A DNA stretch of 62,740 bases, the filler included, from Choristocarpus tenellus KU-1152 (lineage: Eukaryota; Protista; Phaeophyceae): NCBI GenBank assembly GCA_964200185.2. It is 8 parts of 8 records of this genome, joined end to end, with 100 filler letters (N's around TTAATTAATTAA, not from the genome) between each part and the next. Parts side by side here need not be neighbours in the genome. Positions count along the whole stretch, not along the records: positions 50,695 to 58,147 come from CAXNAD020006135.1; positions 58,248 to 62,740 come from CAXNAD020014312.1; 6 more parts are not named here. The stretch is one strand, 5' to 3'. The position numbers and the translations under genes were made by a program. Shown piece after piece: positions 52,513-62,740 of this stretch; position 1 is the first letter of the stretch, and each line of letters starts with the position of its first letter. The notes beneath the pieces are model-generated. The model did no database searches. It saw nothing but the letters and a program-made list of their open reading frames with translations, and was not told where the DNA came from.

Positions 52513-53220
52513 TGGAAGGCAGGCAGTGAGGGCTAGAGGCAGAGTGATGTTAAGTTTGAGGATTGGGGGATAGCACAAGAATCATCTCTGTCAATTGGAT
52601 AACTTGAAGTACCTACATTGGAGTATGTGTCCTTATCAAGCCAATAGGATGCTGGTGTACTCACATGTCACCCTGGTGATGGAGTCAATACAATGGTTTC
52701 ATCCTGCAACCTCCTCTCCATCCTGAATTGTATTCTTTGTTCTTATCACTCCTTTGGCAGTTATTGCCATGGTAGAGGAGGATAACTTTGGTGTGAATGT
52801 TATTCCCAAGTGTCAATGCTCATGCTCCAACAACTTGATGCCTTGGTGCTTTTATGTGCTTCGAGGAAACCTACTCTGATGTGGTTGTTGATTTTGGTGT
52901 GTGTGTATCAGGGAAGCTGACAATGGAGAAAACTGGGGCAGCACATAGAAAGAGAGTGTGCCGGGGGCATGAGAACGTGGGACAGGGAGGAAGGCACTGG
53001 CAAACGTTTATGTTACTGGCGAAACGGCTTACTGTAAGGCCCAACCACGGTGACAAGGAAACACTACCGGAATATACACAACAATTGTCAAGAAAGAATC
53101 AAGCATTGTTTCTCATTCACTGGTAACACAGTCACTTGTTCGTTCTATGAAGTGTTACAGATTATGGGACAACTGTGATTGATCTATTGCACGGAGAAGT
53201 TGCTCAAACTGACTTGACAT

Positions 53221-54286
53221 CTACTGGACATTGGTACGGATGTACAATATATATGCACTGTATGTAGATAGTGATGATAACAAATCCTCATTTCTGAGAG
53301 TTCCTACGACCACATGTTCACATGACCTGACAGCATCGATGATTGGATCAATGCTACGTGTTTGGGAGTCACATACCATATCTCTTCTACTCCTGATATT
53401 GCTTAATCGTATCAGCCTTGAAGGAAATATACAAGCGTATCAAGTAGGACATAAAGAGTACCTGTTGGGTTGATAACTCTCAGCGCCCTCCTCTCACTTG
53501 AACTCCTGTGGGCACCTGTGCTTATCTTGACACAGATACGCATTCAATATTTTCTGCCCCTTTTCTTCCTCATCGTGTGTAATGTGCAGGAGCTTGATAT
53601 TTAGTCTAGAGCCGTCTTGAACTGATAATCAATCTGCAGCAATGCCCAGGTGATACGTTGAGGAGATACAATGTACCATGAACAGGGCCATAGGCCTTGG
53701 TACTTGCTTTTAATTTTTCCTGCCCTCTTTCTACAAGTTCAAACGTGGGCCTCTTGACATATCCGGTCATACTTCTGTTGAATGTACTATGGGACACTGG
53801 AAGTGAGTTGCTCGGCCAAAACCGAGAGTAGCAGGGCTCCGTTATCAGACTTGTACATTGGGTTGGTGCACCACTTCCAGTCGTACACAGAGCTCTATGT
53901 CGGACCCATACAGCCTTAGTTACGTCTTGCATTCTATTTACTGGACAATGAGCACTCCCTGCTGGCGTACTGTGTACCGATAATATTTTCAGGCTTCGCG
54001 ATTTGGTATTCTCTTGGCAATGTCGATGCACCTTGAGGTCATATTTGAACACCACTCAAACTCAAACAGAGATCTCCAGACCAGTTTAAGACGCGAAATG
54101 TTTCGCCTGGTCGGTCAAAAAAGGCTGAGAGAGTCCAGAGTAACTTGGCGAGGATGACGTTTGTTCCTTATTTGAAGCCTGTGTAGGTGTATTCTCATGA
54201 TGCATGGAGTTTATTCTTGAGTTGATCCCAAAAAATATTATGCCGCAAATAAACGAAACGCTAATAATCGGAAGAAACAGTTTCAT
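53221..54286 (-). CDS. Tentative multi-exon gene, type II membrane-anchored protein of unknown function
   Basis: Signal anchor MKLFLPIISVSFICGIIFFGINS followed by an S/T/P stem. The ORF 54055-53606 and two downstream segments can be joined in phase, but the introns are short and no domain is recognised. Confidence 0.3.
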
Positions 54287-56062
54287 TTCAGCACCCCAAA
54301 AAAGACATCGCACTCATTTCCGTTGACTGGTGGATCGGATATCAAGCATAAGAGATAGACATGTTAGTACCCAGATTAACACCCCCGTTTAGTTGCGTCT
54401 AAACCCTACGTTGCCCAAACAATTCTTGGACTGAGTTGCGGTTGTGAGGCATACCAAAATGACGTGGTGTGGCGCGTGTGACATGGCATGTCCAATTGGC
54501 GTCTAATGAGCAGGTTCCATAGATTCGCAGCACTATCGTACGGTCTCTACCAATAATCTGTAGCATAAAAGAAGATATGGATAGGTGAGGGGATGGTGGT
54601 AAGCGAGCAGAAAAAAAACTTATTTATGATACCTTGTTCACTATAGCACTAGTCCTCCCTCTCCCTCTCACAATACCCAGTCATCGTTAGACAGTTGGAT
54701 ATCGCGAATGTTAAAACGTAGGCTACTTTCTCCCTAGCTTCACACGATTCCCCTGGTATTCCTACCTCACATGTGGCCTTGTTCCATCTGGTGCTTCGTC
54801 GATCCTATATCCTATCTTAAATCTTCCTTGGTTGTATCCCCATGCTCATTCCCATCTCCCACACTGTTTATGGTCCTCTCGTGTCGCGATTTCAACCCCC
54901 CCTTTAGAATCATAATCGAAGCTGGTTTACTACCTGTTCCCCGTGCTTCGTAAAGGGTTGGACAACTTTAAATATTCAACAGAGCTCGGAAATAAGTGTA
55001 TTAGAGTCTAGAGATACTTCCCATTCTTGTGAGATCTCACTATCTGTCTCTTTGTGCTCTCTTCAGCGAGAGGTTCCGATTAGGTGGGATAAGAAGCTGA
55101 GGAAAAACCTATTCCTCTGGGTCAGAGGAGTTCTTCAATTCGTGATGTGAGTTCGACATGCTGCTTTTAATATCCTACTGATGTACCCTCTATGTGTGTG
55201 ACCTCTATGTGTGAGGATCTATCTGCATTGCACCAACTCGAATCATAACCTTAAGGATGTTTTTGTCCCATAAGTAACCAACAGAAGCCTTGGTTACAGT
55301 TTTGAGCACGACAGTAAGTTGAACAAGTTCTGATCGATGATATACTGTGGCCCAACCTCTTGGTTACATCCTTCAGGGGAGTTCCAGCATGTCATTTTGT
55401 TTTCGACTGTAAGTAGTTCATTTTCAGTGCACATATCCTGGTCTGATTGGACCTAAAGTAGCCTGCGGCCCATGTTTGCCTAAACTGTTTTGTATACCCT
55501 GTACAATTTCAGGTAGGAAAGTCATCAACTTAGCTTGTCGTTTGATGGCACATGGGGACATATGCTACAACTTTATATTTACCCCTAGTATACAAGAGTC
55601 TCATGTAGTAAATCTGGCCTTGCTTATCATCTCCTTACATATCTATTAGGGTTTTCCCCTTTGGTCCACCTCTCTATTTTAGCACACTGCACAATATGAG
55701 ACATCTTCTGAACTCCTCTAACAAACGCTTTACTACTACTAGCTGTCGGGGTATATGGTTGAACATATGCCTGCCACTCGAAACATCTTGCTCCTGTTTC
55801 ATATACTGGAGGCATCACACGCCTTGCCAAAGTAGAAGAGAAAGGTATCAGTGCAACCTTCCACTGAGTTATTTCCCATTAACAAAGGATTCCCGCGTTT
55901 TTCCTGCCATCAACCTCCTTGCCCTTCCTGTTTCCACCACAACACTGATCCTGATATCAGCGCCTGCTCTCGAGGGAGAAGAAAATATTAGATTGTCCAG
56001 GCTGATATTGCCCATACTACAACAAACCCATCAACGAATTGGTTGGTGTGCGTGAAGGGAAC

Positions 56063-57079
56063 ATGGCAGACGGCATGTGGGGTTATGCTGCCCCATCGGA
56101 GGTCCAGGACTTTAAGGACAAGGTGAACAAAAAATAAAGTTCTGACAAGAAAAGAGACATAGTGAGAGAGTAACAGAAGTATATGGTGCAATTGGAAGCA
56201 CTGAAGGATCAATGTCAGATCCTGCCCTTTTTGTAACCCCTTTCTACTCAACTCTACATTTGAGTGCATTAGTTCAAACCTAGCAATGGGGAGAGATCTG
56301 TGAGGTGGGCAAAACTACATCAGAGGCTGTAGCAAGCTTCAACCACTGTTTAACCTCGAGGCACTTGGTAATTTGTGAGGGCACTCAAATAGCTAGGAGC
56401 CAAAGTATCTTAGAGGGTAGGGCCGTGTCCATTTGGGGGCCAAAATCCAATGTTGTGATTTTGATGTAATTTTGACTATTGTGTTTGTTAGGAAGTGTTA
56501 ATATCCTTGTTCCAGACACACACATTTCAAAACGTACACATTTTACCTATTCCAAAACATTTTGGGGTAGAAAAACGTCATAAAAAAGACCCATGGCAAG
56601 TCAAGCCCCAAATGGAAAAATAGGGAAAACCTGTACCCTCTAACATACTTTCACTCCTAGCCCCAGCATTTTAGGAGAGGATCAAAGGCAAATCCGTTGT
56701 GACCTACTTACTGCCTACATTTTTTTTCTCACCTCTCCCAACGCTTTCCTCTTTGTTGTGCTTTTGGCGCTCTGCCCTCTCAACCCACTACGATAGCTCA
56801 TGGACAAGCTGGGGTTGTCTGGCTCCATTGACTTCATGAAAAAGTTCTCCAGCATGGCTCCTGATGTGAGTTGTAAGCACAACTAACTCTCCAATCAAAG
56901 GCTCCTGATCCCTCCCTAACCAACCCCCTTGGAGAGTACTTTGTTAGGCAGTTTGTTGCCACCTGTATATATATACTTTGTTCACATTTTTTTTAAAGCA
57001 AATCCATGATGAGGCAGGTCCAACCCTAATTTCGGCACCAGAGAGGCCTGCAGCGGCACAAATTATTGCGCGTGTGTAA
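56063..57079 (+). CDS. Spliced 69-aa protein (exons 56063-56122, 56797-56865, 56999-57079), possibly N-terminally extended through an in-frame TGA
   Basis: Three phase-0 exons give MADGMWGYAAPSEVQDFKDK-LMDKLGLSGSIDFMKKFSSMAPD-QIHDEAGPTLISAPERPAAAQIIARV*. The ATG is in AACATGG context. Invisible to the ORF track. Confidence 0.5.
56397..56656 (+). mobile_element. MITE family A, full copy, TSD CTAG
   Basis: Complete TIRs with CTAG duplicated on both sides; intronic in the 69-aa gene model. Confidence 0.92.
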
Positions 57080-57734
57080 AAAAGCACAATGGAAGTTAAA
57101 TAACCTCATCTGGAAAAGCACTCCTGATATTGGCATACACAGCACAGCCTGAACAATGTTTGAGACTGCAAGAATCACCGAAAAACTCGCTAAAAAATTG
57201 CAATTCCTGGTGTAGGACAAGTACAGGTGGATGCGATGATACGATATTATCTCGGGAAGATGGTTGGTGGGAAAAGATAACCCCATCACAGCTTGAAAGG
57301 TTTCCCTCACAGACGTATTCGTAATGTCCCCCTGTCAATATATTGCTTCTTTTTTTAACAATTACCTTAGTTTTAGATATTTTTTTTGCAATATATTCCT
57401 CTCTTTTCTTTTCTTTTTTTCTACAGTTCTGCTTTTTGTAGAGCCATCGAGATGGGATAGATTGCTGAGAGAAAGGTAGTGAGTACAAGAAGATAGATTC
57501 GATGGCGGTACTAAGGAAGAAAAAAAAAAAAAATACGTACAAAAAAAAAAAAAAATCCGAAAAAAAAAAACAGATAGGAAAAGGAATAAGAAGAGGAACC
57601 AATATTGAGCGAGAAAGCAGAGGAGGAAAAATCTACGGGCGCAGAACCCAATGGGAGGGGTCTGTTCCACAACAAGGATCGATCTATCCAACAAGAAGCA
57701 GGAACGCCATCCCTAGTTCGGGTACTACAGAGGG

Positions 57735-57746
57735 AGATAGATAGAT

Positions 57747-57797
<51 letters not shown>
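57735..57797. repeat. (GATA)n/(GA)n microsatellite
   Basis: Seen directly in the sequence. Confidence 0.9.
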
Positions 57798-57803
<6 letters not shown>

Positions 57804-58854
57804 TTTAAGTAGAAAAAAATACATTCACGCATTACATTTTTTTTTTCATTTGTTGAGGAATATCCCTGGCCCCGCGGCGGTTTCAAGGTACTAACTAAAC
57901 ACCAAGCTCCTTCTCATACTGCCTGCAGTGGACTGCAAGCGACGCTCGCACCACGACTAACCGCACTGCCCCCATTCGGAAGTGCCTCCCTCATTTTGCG
58001 CTGGGCTCAATCCTCCTTCCCACCTCTCGTTGCTACATCTCCTCCCTCAAACCTCGTGCTGGGGTCGCCTCCTGGTAACTCCACAGTGAAGCCAGGGCTT
58101 GCTGCCCTTGTCTCCGGGTCCCTCCACATTGTTGTTACGATACGGGCNNNNNNNNNNNNNNNNNNNNNNNNNNNNNNNNNNNNNNNNNNNNTTAATTAAT
58201 TAANNNNNNNNNNNNNNNNNNNNNNNNNNNNNNNNNNNNNNNNNNNNCCCCCCTACCATGTGAGTAGCTAGCTCATCGAGGAAGCATTCCGCTTGCTTGT
58301 CGAGGCACCCAAAGCTTTCCACCGCAAAGGTGTTGAGGTTATTGTGAGGAAAGAAGGGTCGTCTATTGTCGTATCGTTTTTGCTATATGCCATATACCAA
58401 CATACCGATTGAGATTTTTTGAGAACTTCTGTTAAACTGCAAAGGATCTTTGGAAGTATTTATTTCTGAGACTTCTCGTCACGTCTCTTCATGAGCACTT
58501 TTTCCAAACACCCCATGGGAACCATGATTCTCCCCACTTTCTCAGTTCTTGTCCTCGGTTACAGTTCGTCTCTGGTTCGTCTTGGACAGTGATTCTCAAC
58601 ACCGCCTACGTCTTAGTGAACTACATCATCACAAAACCACACAATTCAGATTGGCGATATCAGTGAGATTCGAACTCACGCATGTGAAGTACATAAATTT
58701 ACCTATATTATACGTTCTATTCCTCCTAACTTGATGGAGAAAAAAGCAAGAATGGTATCTAGGGACGAATAATGAACTACAATATAGTATTTGAATACCG
58801 TATACAATAGCCAAATAGGTCCTTCAAGTATTTTCAAAGTATATATTATTCTAC

Positions 58855-60375
58855 CAAGGCGTTACCAGTGGCAGTTCTGCTTTTTTTCACCGGAACGCCC
58901 CAACAGATACACGTATCAAATGAAAGCTTATGACAAGACCTTTTGAAGTTTTGTATGCAGGAATGTAGAAACTTCGGGGAACGGGAACTATGTTCCGATA
59001 AAATAATGGAAAAAACGCGGGGGAATATCTCCAGCGCAGGTTTGAAGGTCACGACTTCAAAACTTGAAAAAATGAAGTGGATGGCTGAACTCCGAGGTAC
59101 GTCGCTGTGCAAGTTTGCGGGCCTCACAGAAAAAAAAGCAGAAAAAAAACTAGATTTTCCTCTTTTTAACGTCTTTTGGAAACTTTTCGTGAGCACACAC
59201 GCATGTGACTCAACAACATGAACCACGGCGGTGAGACAAGGAGAGCCGCCGAGGCTACTCCGCCCTCTGGATCTACCCTCGGCACCTTCTCTGTCAAGAT
59301 GAGTCGGAAAACAAGTACCGTGTGACACTTAGTGCAATGTTAGGTGACGAGAAAGTGCGAGTAATGTGGGGCAGCAGCATGATCGAATCGCGAAATGGAC
59401 GACGCAGTCGCAACACTGACGCTGAAAGAAGATGCATGGAAAGCATTAAAACACAAACGTGGTTGGATCTTCAACCACGTCGGAGCACTGCTCTGTTGTC
59501 TCCGCCGCCTCGGAAAAGCAGGAAGAGAACAGCAAGTCCATCACCAGGTGTGGTACAGTGATGAAGTCTGTGGGGAAGCCTGGTCACGGCAGGCGAAGGG
59601 AGAACCAGAGTGGCCGGCCGAAGGGAAGGTTGGGAGGAGAGCAGTGCGACTCATTGCGCTCAGGAAATGCCTAAGCGAAAACCCGGGCGTAGAATATCTT
59701 AAATGTCAACAGTTGCAGCAGGCCCTAGCAGTTTGGAAGCTATGTGAGCCAGAGTGGCTTAGGAAACGAGAAAGAAGGTGTTAGAGTTGGACTACAAGGG
59801 CTCTGAATCCCGAAAGAAGGTAAACCACTTCCGGCGCTCAACAAGGAAATGTGATGGTAAAGGCTCTAACACTGCGAATCCTGTACCTGTGTATGAACGA
59901 TGGGGAAGACTGTCAAACAGCACTCGAGATGGCAGCAGGATAGGTGATGGTCAGGTTGGAAACTGTGAGTAAATGGAAAGAGACTTCCAAACTAAGGGCC
60001 ACATCAAGGTGTCAGAGCAAGGGCATGACGAGAGGTGTTTCGTTCTGGGCCCCGACGAGGACATCCTTGACAAGGTCAAAGAGTGGGTGTGTGAACACAC
60101 GGGAAGAAAGGGTAGGGAGGCTTTTTTCCTGTCTAAACCCTATACTTTAATCAAGTAATAGTATATCTGTTGCCACTCTTGGTGACCTACAATTCAGGGT
60201 TCGAACCCCAATATGACCGCTCTTTCTTCAAAAAAATAAAAAATGGCGAAAAAACACGAAGTACGTACTCTGGAGGTCATTGTGACGGGCATCACACATA
60301 TGTTCTTATTTTTTATATCCACATCAAAAGTTATGACAGGACAACCCCAGAGGTCGAAGCTAATGGTACCACTAT
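58855..60375 (+). mobile_element. Internally deleted TIR DNA transposon (family C) with a decayed transposase-like N-terminal region
   Basis: The left end is homologous to 31200-31283 and the right end to 17500-17785; TIR core GTGGTACCAGTAGCTTCG. Internal broken ORFs include ERDFQTKGHIKVSEQGHDERCFVLGPDEDILDKVKEWVCEHTGRKG, reminiscent of Sagan-type Tc1/mariner transposases. Confidence 0.55.
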
Positions 60376-60649
60376 ACCGAAAATAGTATATATTTACAGA
60401 ACCCTATATATATATATATAATCACACTATTGTTAACAAAACCGCGCCCAGTTAGGAAGGGAAAAGGTTTCTCTTGTAATGTGGTATTGTATGCTGTATT
60501 GTAACTAAGTTAAATGAATGGAACAACAGTAGCCCAATTATTCTCTGGTATGTTGGTATACATGGTCAAAATTTGTCCAGAAGTAGAATGGACACCCTCT
60601 AACATAGAGTTACCTTGTGGTTTGTAGGGTGTGGTACGAGGCTTATCAT

Positions 60650-62612
60650 ACCCAAACAGTGTGATTTCAAAACAATTTTATTTTCAAATTCTGAATCTTG
60701 ATCAGAGTGAAGAATTTCAGTTGCATCAAATATTGAAAATATCATTCCACACAGAGCTCACTTCTTGTTTGTTTGGGGTGTATAGGAAAAGCAAAGCGTG
60801 TTTGACAAATGACCCAAAGAAAATATTGGCAACCCTGGGAAAGATCTTATGCTGAACAAGATTAACAGCAAGCTGTTCAGATGGTCGAGTGACGACAGGA
60901 ATTTTCCTTAGAGCAAGGTACGACGTCTGTGGTAAGTTTTCATCGTTGGCAAAGTTGGCACCTCTCACACCAATCTTTGACGTCTTTCTGAAACATGGGC
61001 CACCAGTATCGATGCCATGCTTTATCCAATGTGTGGGAAAGACCAATGTGACCTACCAAAGCTCGTGACAGGCGTGGAAGACCAGGGGTTGTGATTCTTT
61101 CGGAAACACTATTTGACCTGAAAAGCCTGGTGTTTGTGTACGTGGCCTGGGAAATATGATCGGTGAGTGAAAGTATCTTAGAAGGTACGAGTTTTGCCCT
61201 GTTTATCCATTTGGGACTTGACGTCCCATGTCTTTTTTTATGACATTTACCCAATCCAAAATATTTAGGAGTAGGTAAAATGTATAGGTTATGAAAAGGT
61301 GTGTCCGGAACACGGATATTGACACTTCTTAACAAAAACGATATCCAAAAATACATCAAAATCGCAACATTGGATTTTGGGCCCCAAATGGACGCGGCTC
61401 TACCCTCTAAGATACTTTGGCTCCGGTAGAGCAATTTACTTTCAGCATCGACATTAAAATATTCTACACTATATGTCGACTCCCGTGGGGATAAAGGTGC
61501 TAAGTTGGCTGCCTCTAAACAGGCAAAATAAAGGGGAAAGTGTATTCATTTGTGCTCAACGAATTTTGAGTCGTCCAAATTTGGGAAGATTTTCACTGAA
61601 CTACAGAAAATCTCATGGCCACTCTGTGTGATGTCCTTTTCATGAAGGCGATCTGAATAAATCTCATATGCTTGACGTGGGGCTGGAGTAGTTGGCAAGG
61701 TATTTCAGGTATATTCCTACAAATAGGGGCAAGTGTTGCAGCAGACTCTCGGTTGATCTCACTCCCAAAAGAGGCGAGAGAGGGCATCGAGCACAACATT
61801 GTCTTTGCCTGGTTTGTGATGACCAGGGAAATCAAAGTATTGGAGAGTCAGGGCCCAACGAGTCAGCATATTGTCTATATATTGTAAGTAATAAAGATAT
61901 CGGAGTGTCGCGTGGTTAGTGAATAGGTCAAAGTGTTGATCCCAAATATATGTACGGTAGTGGGTAATATTGTGAACTACCGCCAAACAACTTTGTGTGT
62001 GGCCAAATAATTTCGTTGGACTCCATCGATTTTTTATTGAATAGGCTACAATATGCAGCGAGGTGTTGATCGGATCATTGACGCTCTTTGACCTTGAAAA
62101 CCACTGCTGCCCAAATCTGATATATCAATATGTGCCAGAAAAGGTCTGGCAAAATCAGAGTCATCATGTAAAAGAGGAACCAAGGTCAACATAGATTTTA
62201 TTATAGCAAATGCATCATCATGAGCCAACGTCCATGATTTTCCCAATTCACCAGAAGAGCGTGCCATAAACTCTTTACAGGTGAATCTTAGAAAGGAGTT
62301 CTGTCAAATCTGTAAAATGCGGGGTAAATTTTAGAGATCAATCGTACGTACCAAGGATGCGGAATTAATATATTTGATTATTTGGGGTGTGAGAAGATTA
62401 ACGATAGCTTGAATGTGAGCCTTGCCAAACCGTACCCCTGTCCAAGGTGTTAAAGTTCTGATGGACCAAACTTCAACTTGGAAGGTTTTTGGTAGGGCAG
62501 CATTTTGAAGGGCAACTAGAAACTTCTCAATTAAAGCAATATGATGTTCCCAAGTGGCAGAACAAAGAATGAGATCATCCATATATAGCAAGTAGACCCA
62601 GTCCCGTGCCAA
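60650..62612 (-). mobile_element. Ty3/Gypsy LTR-retrotransposon pol relic (RT-RNase H-integrase)
   Basis: RT LLYMDDLIL..WEHH; RNase H WTLAHDDAF..DFARPFLAHIDISDLG, RWALTLQYFDF..HKPGKDNVVLDALSR; integrase Zn finger GHIG..RYWWP..DVKDWCERCQLCQ. Gypsy domain order with many stops and frameshifts. Confidence 0.92.
61165..61423 (-). mobile_element. MITE family A, full copy, TSD CGGT, inserted in the Gypsy relic
   Basis: Complete TIRs with CGGT duplicated on both sides. Confidence 0.93.
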
Positions 62613-62677
62613 AATCAGATAGAGCTCGAGGTATCATGCTTTGAAAAATAAAGGAGGCAAATCCAAAAGAAAGTCGT

Positions 62678-62740
62678 GAGTCAAAGTATCTTAGAGGGTA
62701 GAGCCGCGTCCGTTTGGGGGCCAAAATCCAATGTTGCGAT
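62678..62740 (+). mobile_element. MITE family A, left end (runs off the window)
   Basis: GAGTCAAAGTATCTTAGAGGGTAGAGCCGCGTCCGTTTGGGGGCC. Confidence 0.88.

Noticed and set aside
57096-57744. Phe-rich and Lys-rich ORFs in the ORF track
   Set aside because: They arise from poly-A/poly-T low-complexity tracts.

Overview
Eukaryotic, intron-rich DNA, most likely from a brown alga or close ochrophyte (GT-AG introns; signal peptide plus ASAFAP-like plastid presequences). The window is not one contig: seven identical 100-nt spacers (N44-TTAATTAATTAA-N44) join eight pieces, so adjacency across them is unproven. By hand-splicing I reconstructed two complete plastid-targeted genes arranged head-to-head 242 bp apart: a Cof-type HAD phosphatase (5 exons, 362 aa) and ALB3/YidC (12 exons, 463 aa). 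Partial genes encode a secreted Kelch protein, an EGF-like exon, an RG-rich protein ending in a PAM2 motif, YbeY and an ASH2/Bre2-type SPRY protein. A 3-exon 69-aa microprotein is preceded in frame by C-P-G-TGA, a possible selenocysteine extension. Repeats include two related MITE families (one with GAG...CTC ends and 4-bp TSDs, Sola-like), two adjacent plant-type mariner relics, a third TIR transposon family, a Gypsy pol relic, LTR-like inserts and a 6 x 37-bp minisatellite. No CRISPR array, rRNA or tRNA was seen. All family assignments come from motif recognition from memory, not from database searches.
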